Notes: generated from the letters alone by a model not told the origin. Numbered from the whole stretch's first letter, positions 13,290 through 25,627 are shown. The stretch: DNA of 62,267 nt, filler included, from Chiloscyllium plagiosum (GCF_004010195.1; 4 parts of one record of this genome joined end to end with filler, not necessarily neighbours in it), one strand, 5' to 3'. Translations and numbers: made by a program.

Positions 13290-14798
13290 GATGGGAAAAA
13301 TTTCTAGATGTAAGAGCTGCTCCTTTTTTTTGAGGTATTTTAGGTGTTGGAGGTGATTTCCTCGAATCCCGGGAGCAGCAATTACTGTTTTATATGCTGT
13401 TGCATTGTTTTGGAACTTTGGAAAAAAAGACTCAAACAACAGCAGTTTATAAGAGAGAAGAGCAGACAAAGGAAGCACATGGTGAGGACAGTGCAGGAGA
13501 GAGAGAGTGAGAGTGAGAGAGGGAGTGAGAGTGGGTAAATTAACAAACAGTGAAATTCACAACTAATCTTGGAGGAACTGTTAGGCGAAGTTCACTGCAC
13601 AGAATCAGATAAGTTAATTGTTGTTTTAAGTCTGTCCAAGAGAAAGGCTGCAGTAGTGAGTATTGTGGATTCTTTCTTGATTATATGTTTTTGGAGATAA
13701 GTCTCTTGATTAAATTTAAAATATAAGCCATAGGTATTAATTTAACCTGGGGCAATGTTTGTAGAGGAATAAGACAGTGTTATTTTCTGGGTCTGTAGAT
13801 TGTGAAGGAGCAAAAATGGCCTTTGCAGTGACACGTACTTCTTATCAGATGTAGGAGTTTAAGGGTTACTGCGGATTATATCTGCCATAAATGCTGTTGG
13901 ATGTGAATCTTATCAGGTCGAGTGGATCGGTTGAAGAGACAGAAGCAATGAGGAATTTGCAACAGCAACAGTATGTGATGGATGGCAGTTAAAAGAAGGG
14001 GGGAACGTCTCAGATACAATCACATAGATGGGTTAACTCCAGGAAAGGTGAGGGAGGTCGGCATCTCGGGCAGGAGTCTTTTGTGGATATACCCATTTCA
14101 AACAGGTATGATGTTTTGGAAAACGTAGGGGTGATGGATTCTCAGGGGAACGTAGCACGAACAGCCAAGTTTCTGCAATTGAGACTGGCTGTAATGCAAC
14201 GAGGGGTACGTCGGCTTACAAGAGATCAATTGGGTTAGGGGATTCTGTAGTCAGAGGTACAGACAGACGTTTCTGTGGCCAGCAGAGAAAAAGCGGAATG
14301 GTGTGTTGTTTCCGTGGTGCCAGGATCAAGGATGTCTCAGAGAAGGTGCAGAATATTCTCATGCGGGAGAGGGGCCATCAGGAGGTCATTGTCCACATTG
14401 GAACCAACGACATTGGAAGGGAAAAGGTTGAGATTACAGAGAGTTAGGCAGAAATTTAAAAAGGAGGTCCTCAACGGTAGTAATATCTGGTTTACTCCCA
14501 GTGCTATGAGCTAGTGAGGGCAGGAATAGGAGGATAGAGCAGATGAATGCATGGCTGAGGAGCTGGTACATGGGAGAAGGATTCACATTTTTGGATCATT
14601 GGAATCTCTTTTGGGATAGAAGTGACCTTACAAGAAGGATGGATTGCACCTAAATTGGAAGGGGACTAATATACTGGCAGGGAAATTTGCTGGAATTGCT
14701 TGGGAGGATTTAAGCTAGTAAGGTGGGGGGGGTGGTGGGACCCAGGGAGATAGTAAGGAAAGAGATCGATTTGAGACGGGTACAGCTGAGAACAGAAG
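13290..14798 (+). mobile_element. CR1-type LINE 5' UTR and ORF1 (esterase), decayed
   Basis: Fragments GDSVVRGTDRRFCGQQR, VIVHIGTNDIGR and DLYKKDGLHLNWKGTNILAGKF are SGNH-esterase blocks of CR1 ORF1. Confidence 0.85.
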
Positions 14799-14945
14799 TT
14801 TAGATTAGATTAGATTACTTACAGTGTGGAAACAGGCCCTTCGGCCCAACGTCCACACCGACCCGCCGAAGCGCAACCCACCCATACCCCTACATTTACC
14901 CCTTCATCTAACACTACGGGCAATTTAGCATGGCCAATTCACCTG
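14799..14945 (-). mobile_element. HE1-type SINE 3' part, cut by the linker
   Basis: (TTAGA)n followed by TTACAGTGTGGAAACAGGCCCTTCGGCCC, as in the copy at 8361. Confidence 0.85.
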
Positions 14946-15045
14946 NNNNNNNNNNNNNNNNNNNNNNNNNNNNNNNNNNNNNNNNNNNNTTAATTAATTA
15001 ANNNNNNNNNNNNNNNNNNNNNNNNNNNNNNNNNNNNNNNNNNNN
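14946..15045. other. Artificial contig linker (44N-TTAATTAATTAA-44N)
   Basis: 100 bp with an all-frame stop core; identical to the linkers at 38117-38216 and 56882-56981. Confidence 0.95.
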
Positions 15046-15697
15046 AGTGAAGAAGGTGTTTGGTATGCTTTCCTTTATTGGTCAGAGTATTGAGTACAGG
15101 AGTCGGGAGGTCATGTTGCGGCTGTACAGGACATTGGTTAGGCCACTGTTGGAATATTGCATGCAATTCTGGTCTCCTTCCTATCGGAAATATGTTGTGA
15201 AACTTGAAAGGTTTGAGAAAAGACTTACAAGGATGTTGCCAGGGTTGTAGGATTTGAGCTATAGGGAGAGGCTGAACAAGCTGGGTCTGTTTTCCCTGGA
15301 GCGTCGGTGGCTGAGAAGTGACCTTAGAGAGGTTTACAAAATTATGAGGGGCATCGATAGGGTAAATAGGCAAAGTCTTTTCCCTGGGGTGGGGGAGTCT
15401 AGAACTAGATGGTATAGGTTTAGTGTGAGAGTGGAAAGATATAAAAGAGACCTAAGGGGCAACTTTTTCACACAGAGGGTGGTACGTGTATGGAATGAGT
15501 TGCCAGAGGAAGTGGTGGAGGCTGGTACATTTGCAACATTTAAGAAGCATTTGGATGGGTATATGAATGGGAAGGGTTTGGAGGGATATGGGCTGGGTGC
15601 TGGCAGGTGGGAGTACATTGGGTTGGGATATCTGGTCGGCATGGATGGGTTGGACCTAAGGGTCTGTTTCCATCCTGTACATCTCTATGACTCTATG
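15046..15697 (+). mobile_element. CR1 LINE ORF2 C-terminus and 3' tail
   Basis: LYRTLVRPLLEYCMQFWSP...LGLFSLERR...FFTQRVVRVWNELP; tail CTCTATGACTCTATGA. Confidence 0.92.
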
Positions 15698-16036
15698 ACC
15701 ACTTCGACTGGGACACCACATGCATTCTAGGACAAGCCAAACAGAGACATGCACGAGAATTCCGAGAAGCATGCATTCCAACTGGAACTCGAACAACAAA
15801 CACATTTACTTGGATCCCATTTACCACCCCCCGAGAAAAATAACAGGAAATGACAGCACCACAGGAAATGACATCACCATGGGAAATGACATCACCAACC
15901 AAGGAAACCTAAACACATAAATACAAAGCGGACCGTACTACCAGTGCTTCATCCAGAGGCTCACTGATGATTTTACCTAGTATAGTGACAAAATATGTGA
16001 AAAAGAACCTTCTAACTCAGCAAGCAAACCTACATC
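15695..16036 (+). mobile_element. Penelope-like element 3' end (GIY-YIG C-terminus and terminal repeat)
   Basis: HFDWDTTCILGQAKQRHAREF...NKHIYLDPIYHP; repeated GGAAATGACATCACC; degenerate CTGATGA...AAAA hammerhead-like motif near 15965-15995. Confidence 0.75.
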
Positions 16037-16889
16037 ATTGACTTGTATAATTTTACTATGAGCATTATTAATATCATTTGTGTACAGAATTAGTTTTACT
16101 TTATTACTCTCCCTCATTTGTTTGGTCAGCAATTGTGGCTGCCAGAGATGAGAGGAAAGTGGATTGATGAGGCAAATAAAACTCACAGTGGGACTGATTA
16201 TTAGGGGTGGCCATTTGGTATGGTATATCCATTCCACATCCTCGAATTTGAACTGTGTTCCCTTCAAAATTCTGCAGGAACGTGCACATGGCAGAAAATT
16301 AGTTCCATATAATGACACAGTTATTCATGCGACAGGATAAAATTAGGCCTTAATTACCAGTCCCAGCACTTTTTATTTCGATGGTATCTGGAAAGATCCT
16401 CCAGTTATTAATATTATAAGGATAAATACACTATCTATGATCCCCAAGTAGACAGATGGTTTTATTTAGGAAAATGGAAGGATATATAGCACTATCATAC
16501 CACCTTTGGGGTACAGAACCTTCCACCACTTGTCAATCTGACTCAGTTGGAACATTTTCTCCATGAAAATGCCCATTTGTTTAGGAATTATCTACACAGG
16601 GATGAAGTATACACGAAATGGAAGTCACCATGTGATGTGAGGGTGGGCATTTAAAACAACTTGCTGATTCCATCATGGCCTTGACCATACATCAGTGATG
16701 GGATATATTTAAGGTTGGTCTCCAAACAACACTGTGATCATTACTTTGCTGGTACACCCTATTGTTTTATAATTCATATTGATGATAATTATTTTCACTG
16801 TAGTTTTAACTTTCTGGTGAAGGTTACACACTCTTGTTATACATTCTCATGTAGCTATTGCTGATTTGTGCCTGCATTTGCAGTTGTAA
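16037..16889 (+). pseudogene. Degenerate endogenous retroviral env C-terminal region (Cys-rich ectodomain, helical segment, TM)
   Basis: Across stops/frameshifts: LWLPEMRGKWIDEANKTHSGTD..GMV.PFHILEFELCSLQNSAGTCTW; NLPPLVNLTQLEHFL; HLKQLADSIMALTIHQ*WDIF-GWSPNNTVIITLLVHPIVL*FILMIIIFTVVLTFW; several N-x-T sequons. Confidence 0.65.
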
Positions 16890-16919
16890 TATGCACTGTC
16901 AAATATCATCAGGATGGAT

Positions 16920-17356
16920 TGCATAGGATAAGCTAAAATTGATGATGATTTTTGAAAGCTGCATGACCTTGAATGAGTTCTGTGAACATTCCTGTACATG
17001 CTGAAGTTGGCACAATCAAATTTGTTTTTCTGTACTTGCAAGCAGCTTGTTTTTCTGTACTTGTGGCTCGTTAAACTATGTAAGAGAGAGAGTTTTATTA
17101 AAACTTGTGGGACTTCACCTCAGACCGGGATCGAGAATGGTGCCAGGAAGGAACATAAGCCTCCAGACCAGCTGTTGGTCGAGGCATCCCTGATGGGCAG
17201 AAGGGCATGAGACGTATTGCTTTTTTTCCTTTCTTTTCCATTTTTATTATTGTTACATAATAAGCATTCATATTAAAGCAAATTGTTTTTGTCGAGTCTT
17301 CTCTTAACTATATTTAACTGAATCCAGTCAAAGCCCCATCTCATCGCTGACCCTCA
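16920..17356 (+). mobile_element. Probable retroviral 3' LTR
   Basis: Follows the env stop and a PPT-like AGGATGGAT; starts TG, has TTTATTAAAA (~17095) and ATTAAA (~17272), ends CCCTCA; no second LTR in the window to confirm. Confidence 0.4.
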
Positions 17357-17739
17357 GATTTTCTTGTTGCTTCTCAAGCACTTGACAGGGCTTCCCTTTC
17401 TATTGCCATCAATGGAACTATGTGGGCCACTGCACCACTGCTGCACTCCCTTTCTCAACAAGCTGAATGACAGGGGTTTTGTGAATTGTAGGGTCAATGT
17501 CAGCAGCTCAGATGGCATTACATGAAAGGACACAGTACACACTTTTGCTGTCATGCTGCCACCTTCATATCTTACATATGTGGCAATGCTGCTAACCACA
17601 CGTTTGTACACTACATTCCTACAACGTCCAAGTGCATTATCGCTGGAGGTTTGGAGCACACAGGCACAAAGGCCACATGGATCAAAAATACCTCGCCTCT
17701 ATCATATGCAAATTTGATTCCACTCACCTTTTTTAAATA

Positions 17740-19950
17740 ATTCTTTCATGGGATGTAAACATCACTGGATAGGCTAACTTTTATTTCCCATCCTGAATTG
17801 CCAATATGGAGGTGGTTGTGAGTCACTTCTCCAAATCACTGTAGCTCATGTGATGTAAGTACATGCACAGTGCTATTAAGATGGAAGTTCCAGGATTTTG
17901 ATCCAGCAACAGTGAAGGAATGACAATATAGATCCAAGTCAGAATAGTGAGTAGCTTAGAGGGCAAATTGCAGGTGATGGTACTTTAGTGCATCTGCAGT
18001 ATTTGATATTCTAGGTGATAAAGGTTGTGAGTTTGGAAGGTAGTGTTGAAGGAGCCTTGATGAGTTATTGCAGTGTATCTTGTAGATCATACACACTGCT
18101 GCCAATGTGCATCAAGAGGATGTAGTGAATGGTGAAGCTGATAGATTGGGTACCAATCAATTGGGTTGTTTTGCCTTGGCTGGTGTCAAACTTCTTGAGT
18201 GATGAAGCTGCTGTGATCTGGGCAAATAGAGAATATTCCATCACTGTCCTGACATATGCCTTGCAAATGGTGCACGGACTTTAGGCATCAGAAGGTGAGT
18301 TCCCAGCCTTTGCCCTTTTCTTTCAGGGTCACAATATATAATGGCTTTTCCAGTTTTCCTTCTATTCCACGGTAACCCCAAAATATTGATATTGGAGATT
18401 CAGCATTGGTAATACCATTGAATGTCAAAGGGAGCAGTTAAATATGTTTTCATGTTGGAGATGGCCATTGCCTGCTATTTGTGTAGCACAAATGTTCTTT
18501 TCCACTTACTGGCTCAAGCTTGGATGATGGAGGAGAAAGTGAGGGCTACAGATGCTGGAGATCAGAGCTGAAAATGTGTTGCTGGAAAAGCGCAGCAGGT
18601 CAGGCAGCATCCAAGGAACAGGAGAATCGACGTTTTGGGCATAAGCCCTTCTTGGATGATATCCAGGTGTTGTTGCATTTGAACATGGACTGCTTCAGAA
18701 TCCTGAAGAATCCTGAATAGTGTTGGACATTGTGCAGTCATCAATGAATATCCCCACTTCTGACATTATGATGGAAAGGAGGTAATTGATGGAACAGCTG
18801 AAGATGAATGGGCATTGGAGTCAACCTTGAGGAACTTATGTGAGATGGAAATGGTTAACCTCCAATGACCACAATTATGTTCCTCTTTGCTAGGTGTGAT
18901 TCCAATCAATGAAGAGTTTTTTTTTTAACAGATACCCATTGACTAGTTTTTTTGGGGCTACTTTAGGCCATATTCAGTCAAATGCTAGCTTGATATCAAG
19001 GGCAATCACTTACCTCAACTCTTGAGTTCATCCCTTTAGTGCATGTTTGGACTAAGATAATAATAAGCTTGGAGTTGGATGGCTCTGGTAGATTTCAAAC
19101 TGAGTGTTAGTAAGCAGATTATTGCTGAATAAGTGCTGTTTGATAGTCCTTCTACCACTTTGCTGATAATAAAAATGGGACAGTAACTGGCTGGGTTAGA
19201 TTTATCTTGATTTTATGAATGGCAAGTTCCTGGGCAAATTTCCACGTTGTTTGATAGATGCCATTATCATAACTGTTCTGGAACAACTTAGCTAGGGGTG
19301 TGGCTAGTTCTAGAGTTTTCAATGCCATTGTCATAATGCTGTCAGAGCCCATAATCTTTGCAGTATTCAGTGTCTGCAGCCATATCTTGATATCATGTGG
19401 AGTGAGTTAGGAGTGGCTGAACATTTGCATTTATGATGTTGGGGACCACAGGAAAAGGGCCAGGTGAATCATGCATTCAACACTTCTGGCTGAAGACAGA
19501 TGTAAATAGAGTCATAGAACCATACAGCACAGAAACAGATCCTTCAGTCCAACTTGTCCATGCTGACCAAGTTTCCCAAATTAAATTAGTCCCTTAACTT
19601 GCCTGCATTTGGCCCATATCCCTCTAAACCTTTCCTATTCATGTACCTGTCCAAAAGTCTTTTAAATATTGTACCTGTGCCTGTATCTACCACTTCCTTG
19701 GGTAGTTACTTCAGTCTCATCTTTTGCACTGATGTGCTAGACCCTTGGTCATTGAAGATGAGTTTCTTTGTGAAGCCTCCTTCTCCTGTTAGTTGTTCAC
19801 AGTCATTCACAATTGGATATGCTAGGATTATAGAGCTAAGATACGTTCCATAGGATCATGTAGTACTGTCTATTGCATGCTGCTCACACTGCTTGGCCTG
19901 TATGTAGTCCTGTGTTCGAGCTTTGCCAGCTGTAATGTTTTTATTAATAG
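17740..19950 (-). mobile_element. Old CR1-group LINE RT region, with nested Penelope repeat (~18530-18652) and CR1 tail (~19505-19700)
   Basis: LKTLELATPLAKLFQNSYDNGIYQTTWKFAQ...IHK (19152-19352) is a non-LTR RT N-terminal block; 3' tail at ~17740. Confidence 0.75.
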
Positions 19951-20039
19951 GTTCTAACGTCTTCCTGAGGACAGATTTTTATCTAATTGGCATGTAGTTT
20001 CCTCTTTTCTAGTCAGCCATCTTACCACTCATTTCTTTA

Positions 20040-20480
20040 AGATCATAAGATGAAGCCTGCAGATCCAACAACTTGCTCAGGACCACTTCCAAGGTGATTA
20101 TGCTTTTCTTGAATTCCTCTTTCCTGTCCAGTTTCTGATTTATAGCAATTTTTGGATGCTACATGTATGTACTGTATTGAAGAATGATGCAAAAATGTGT
20201 TTGATTCATATGAAATCTTCGTATTTTCCATTAATAATTCTCCAGACTCACTCGCTATAGGACCAATGCTCACTTCATTAACTCTTTTCTCTTATAGATA
20301 TGTATAAAACCCTTACTCTCTGCTTTTATATTTACAGCTAGCTTTCTCACATACTTCCTCCATAATAATCTTGAGTGAATTTTTGTTTTTCTTACGTTCT
20401 GGCAAATCTCATGATCGATCACCCAGTTCTGTACAATTATGTACTTTTTCTTTAAGTTTGACACTACCTTTAATTTTTTT
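20040..20480 (-). mobile_element. Decayed CR1 ORF2 fragment
   Basis: YVRKLAVNIKAESKGF and IGPIASESGELLMEN, from the CR1 tether region. Confidence 0.65.
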
Positions 20481-21702
20481 AGTTGACTACAAAACTTGAC
20501 AAAATTGACTCAAAAATGTAAGATCCAGTCCATTATGGAGGTAGAAGATCAATCATGATCTTGTTAAATGGTGCAGTAAATTCAAAATGCCAAATAGACG
20601 ATTTATGCTGCTATTTCTTGCAATCTTATCTTCAAAATAGTATGGCCTGGAAATATCCAAAGGGTAATTGGGACTTCCTAGCTCCCAGATTTTTGGTGCC
20701 TAAATTCTCACTAATCCATCCAGGCAGCGTTGCTTCATCACTCCTTCAATGTCATAAACATGACATCCACTGAAGAGAAAGTAAAGACCAGTAATTGTTT
20801 GTAAGGATTGTTGTTTATTAAATAAGCTTTCCAATTGCAAAAATGCTGGTTAGTTGGGATGCATCAATTTGCTGCATTTTTTTGTATTGTTTGAATAGAT
20901 GTTGTGGTCCAGTGAGCAAACAATAATTGGAAGATAAAAGTATTGAGTGTCATGCTGTCTGAGGATGAACAAACAGCTGCCAACAAAATAATTTTTTAGT
21001 ACCCAGTGTTTCATGACCTTGTGATTTAGGCAGATTTGATTGCATATTATGCCAATCCTTTTAATCAACAAAGCAATAGCACTACATTAGTAACAAGTTC
21101 CATATGAGTTAGGTGTGCACACAAGCTGTGATATTCACAATATTTTCCTCTACATTAAATACCACTGAGAACCAAAAATCAGCATAACTTATATTTTTCA
21201 AAGGGCATTTAGAGCACTGTGCTAAAAGCACAAACATAAAGAAATATAAAGGGCTTAGTCGCACAATATAATTACTGAACCTTTTGTATATGTCAGCAGT
21301 CTTATCTAGTTATAAGATACAGAATGGTCAAGTAACTTGGTTTAACCAAAACTAAAGAATTGGAATGAATACATTTCTCTTTTGTTCTCTCAATATAGGA
21401 TAACTGTATTTAATATCTTCTCTGGAGATAATTTCAGCAATAATAACTGCTTGCAGTCATATTATCAGAGTTTATAAGATTACTAAAACATGCTTTGAAT
21501 TTATTGTCTGAAAATTTTATTAAAAATACAAATCGAGTTTTTTGAGCAATTGATCCTCTATCTTCCTTTCCCAAATGTGCTGATTATTTTCCTGGATTTA
21601 TTTTCATGAATTAGCATTATCACAGTAGGTTCTGGCTAGTTAGTTAACTGTGAAAAAAGTTAATCCATATCCATAGTTTCAGCTGAGATCATTGGGTAGT
21701 GA

Positions 21703-22870
21703 TCATAAGACCATAAGAAAGATATAGGAGCAGAATTATGACATTCAGCCCATTGAATCTGCTCCATTATTCAATCATGGCAGATATCTTTCTCAACCCC
21801 ATTCTCCCATAATCTTTGATCGCCTTTTGAATCAAAAACCTATCTTCCTCTGTCTGAAAGACAATCAATGACGTAGCTTCCAAAGCTTCCTGTGGCAATG
21901 CGTTCCGCAGATTACTACCCTCTGACTGAAGAAATTTCTCATCATCTCAGTTCCAAAGGGTCACACCTTCACTGTAACCTTACCCTTGGGTTCTAGATTC
22001 TCCCATTAGTCAAAGCTTTCTCAACGTCTACTCTTTTCAGGCCTCTCAGTATTCTGTAAATTTCAATGTGATGCCCCATCATCCTTCTAAATTCCATTAA
22101 GTACAGACCCAGAGTCCTCAACCACTCCTCATATGACAAGCCATTTACTCTTGAGATCATTGTTGTAAACCACCTTTCCAAAGCAAGCACATCTTTCCTT
22201 AGGTACAGGGCCAAAAGCTGCTCAAAATACTCCAAATGTGGTCTGACCAGAGCCATATAAGGCTTAGCAGCTCATGTGCACATTTGTATTCTAGTCCCCA
22301 TGAAATGAATGCAAACATTACATTTGCCTTCCGAACTGCCAACCAAACCTTAAGAGAATCTTGAACCAGGACTCCTAAAACTCTTTGAATGACAGACTTA
22401 AAGCCTTTCCCCATTTAAGGAGTGCATAACCTCACACTTTCCTACATTGTATTCTATTTACTACTTCTCTGCCCATTCTCCTACCCTGTCAAGGTCCTCT
22501 GCAGCCTCAACACTGTCTGTCCTTCCACCTATCTTTGTGTCATCTGCAAAATCAGCAGTAATGCTCTCAATTCCTTCATCCAGATTGTTAATGTATAATG
22601 TGAATAGTGTTGGTGAATTCTGTGGAACTCCACTAGTCACTGGCTGCCAACTGAAAAAGACTACCTTTCCTCCATTATCTGCCTTCTGAGAGTCAGACAA
22701 TCATACATCCATGCTAGGACCTTGCCTTTAAAACCAAGGGCTCTTATTTAGCAGTCTCTTGTGCAACACTTTGTCAAAGGCCTTCTGGAAATCCAAATAG
22801 ATGATGCCCACTAGCTTGCCTTTGTCTAATTTGCTCATTACCTTCTCAAAAAATTCTAATAGATCTGTCA
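21703..22870 (-). mobile_element. CR1 LINE RT and 3' end, decayed
   Basis: WQPVTSGVPQ..LFTLYINNLD..FADDTKIGG; ALVRPHLEY; (TCTTATG)-type tail. Confidence 0.85.
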
Positions 22871-23060
22871 TTGTCTTAACAGACTATAGGGCTACTCTCC
22901 TTTAGAGAAATAGAGGGAGAGGTGAGTCATGGCAATTTAACCTGAGGGTCATCACACCTCAGGCAAAGGGAGAGGTTGAGAAGGGAAAAAAGTAGCAGAC
23001 TACGTGGTGTCCACCAATACTCTCAAGGACTTTAGAGAGAGCTAAACATTATGGGGGATA

Positions 23061-23658
23061 TAAGGAGCTGGAGAATCGATGTTTCGGGCATAAGCCCTTG
23101 GATGCTGCCTGACCCGCTGTGCTTTTCCAGTGCCACACTTTTCAACTCTGATCTCCAGCATCTGCAATCCTCACTTTCTATCTTGTGGGATACATTGCTT
23201 TATCTCCCACTCCAACTCCATTTTGATTTAATTTCTTCCTGCTCTCCCTGCATCTCCCCCTCACCTTTGATGGTTTGCTCTGCCCATAATGGACTTTACT
23301 TTTAAATACTCAATTGGATACACAAGAGTTTTTACATCAGGCTAATAGAACAGCATTCAGAATATAGTATTACAGCTCCAGAGAAGGTGCAAAGAAAGAA
23401 CAGCTATAATATAAGAAAGATCCATTCAGGAGAATGATAACAGTGGGGAAGAAGCTGGTCTTAAATCTGTTGACTAGGAGAACAGTCAGATACTGGAGCT
23501 CAGAGTCAAGAGTGTAGTGCTGGAAAAGCACAGCCGGTCAGGCAGCATTCGAGGAGCAGGAGAATCGACATTTTGGGCATAAGCTCTTTATCGAAATGTC
23601 GGAAGCTGCCTGATCTGCTGTGCTTTTCCAGCACTATGATCTCGACTTAAATCTGTTG
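23061..23658. mobile_element. Two short Penelope terminal-repeat derivatives; the second is a foldback with 13-bp flanking direct repeats
   Basis: Arms AGTGCTGGAAAAGCACAGC..CAGGCAGC / GCTGCCTGA..GCTGTGCTTTTCCAGCACT; CTTAAATCTGTTG at 23460-23472 and 23646-23658. Confidence 0.75.
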
Positions 23659-24359
23659 TCATTTGGTTAGTAGATTAAAACATGAATAATATATGCTCTC
23701 ACTGTGCATATGTTCTTAATACTTATATTTGTATGGTATTTATAAAGTCATAGAGATATACAGTACTGGTACAGGACCACTGCTGGTAACAGACCTCCAG
23801 ACAGAAAAGCAACCCCTCCACCACCACCCTCTGTCTCCTGCCATTTAGCCAATTATGTATCTAAATGACAAGGTCATCGTGAATATTTATTTCACTGCTT
23901 CCTCTAGCCTCCATTTCTTTTTCCATAGTAAAAACTGACATGAAATATTCATTTAGGTGTCTCTTCCATCTCCTGAGGTTCAATCCAAAGATCCTTGATC
24001 TTTAAGGTTCCTATGCTCTGTCTAGTTACCCTCACTCTTATCTGCTAAAATGACGTATAATAAAATGATAGAAATGCCTATAATGCTTTATGAAATGGGA
24101 ACTTTTAATCATAGTCATCTCAACTAATCAGAATAACCTCTGCAGGCCAGTCAAAGAAAGCAAACCAAGCCAATACAAGCAACTCCAACAAGTCATGTTG
24201 TAGGAAAATACAGTTAGGTGCCATTGGTTGGGGTTGGGGTTGGAGTCTGTTGCATCTTGTGAAGGAAAAATAAATAATTGAATAAATTTGTAAGTGATTC
24301 TATGATTTAATGATTCTATGAAAAGAAGAAAATGGGGAAACTTCAACATTTTCCATAGA

Positions 24360-24576
24360 AAGTTCTTCTGGAAAGCTGACTAACTGCACCAGTCTTCTTT
24401 GTAAGAAATTTATTTCAGTTAGCCGTACTCATAAAACTTATACCCAGCTGAATATTAGCTCTCATATTTATACAACCAGCCCAAACCCAGGTAGTTCTTC
24501 ATTAATATATCCATTAACTGTTCCTTCATTCCATTGTGCTTTCATTAAGCATTTTTTCAGACCATAGAAGATAACA
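24360..24576 (-). mobile_element. Candidate copia 3' LTR
   Basis: Begins TGTTAT right after an A/G-rich tract downstream of the pol stop; TATAAATA at 24465-24472 and AATAAA at 24409-24414 (minus); distal end undefined. Confidence 0.35.
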
Positions 24577-24660
24577 AGATTGCCCTGTTTTTGTTTTAGA
24601 TAAATCAATCTATAATAATAAAAACAATCAAATTAGCTGGAATAACAACACATTTGCACA

Positions 24661-25627
24661 TTAAAGTTCCATGCATGCTTTTCTCAGTATGTCCAACTGA
24701 TCCTTGGAATCTGCTGCAATTTTTTTGAAAAACAATCAAAAATAGCTGATTGCTGCGATCCACCCATTTCAATTTGGTGATCTCTCAATTCAGCGCCACC
24801 TGTTTCAAAATTACATGTTGATTCCCAGTAATGTTGTACTCACACGTTTCATCGAGTGTACTTTATCCCACATTAACTTACTTTCAATATAGTACTCAAC
24901 GGGTATTCCTGCTGATTCCCGTTTTAGAAATTCAACACACAATGTTCCACTTAGTTTTTAATTTTTTTGCCAACTAATACCATTAACTTGGGATTTTTTA
25001 GAGCCGTACTCATCTCTAAGACTCCAAGTCTGGCATCTGTCTTTATTTGGTTGCCCAGTCAATTCAGCTATCCGATTTGACTTTGCAATTCTTCTATTCC
25101 AGTTTTGGAAAAATCCTGCATCTTTTTGTGAGGTCCTCTTTAACTAATAGCAATGTGGATAATATATTACAAAGAAGATTGCTGATGCAAATTTACTCTT
25201 AATCCATTCTACTCGATTTCCATTCCAATGTATTTAAAAGACCCCGCTGTCTGTCTTCTGATTTTGAATTCTGCTTTAAGGCCATTTATAACAATGCTCT
25301 CAAAGCCACTCCTCCCACACCACAAAAATAATCAATTCCACGCATCAAAGAAATGTCTGGAAATTATCCCTTAAGATGCAAGTAAAATATTGCAGGGTTT
25401 GCTCTTAACTGAAGACTATACAATTTTTAAAAATTAGACATTGCTGAGAAGTTCCAAACTCCAGAAGCATCCTTAGGTCATAGATACACATATATTGAAT
25501 ATCCAGAGTGTCCGTATGCATTTGGTGCATCATTTGGAGGGCAAAGAAATATTTCCCTCTGAAGCTGATCTCCCTGCAAAAAAGAAGTTTTAATACCAAT
25601 TGATTTACATTTCCAAGCATTTGTTGC
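24661..25627 (-). mobile_element. Ty1/copia (GalEa-like) reverse transcriptase-RNase H relic with internal deletion
   Basis: WKCKSIGIKTSFLQGDQLQREIFLCPP; DASGVW; ANPAIFY; FLWCG...FKYIGMEI; ELQSQIG*LN*LGNQ; RNase H end IPVEYY..VHSMKRVS, EITKLKWVDRSNQL, LDILRKACMEL*. Confidence 0.8.

Noticed and set aside
14990..15001. Palindromic TTAATTAATTAA motif recurring three times
   Set aside because: Always centred in 44N+44N; an artificial linker, not a biological site
15845..15900. Three short spaced repeats (GGAAATGACATCACC) superficially CRISPR-like
   Set aside because: Near-tandem repeat inside a Penelope 3' end in vertebrate DNA; no true spacers or cas genes
24137..24256. Exon-like minus-strand segment after a pyrimidine tract
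   Set aside because: Weak donor, no recognisable product, and it lies next to the copia LTR candidate
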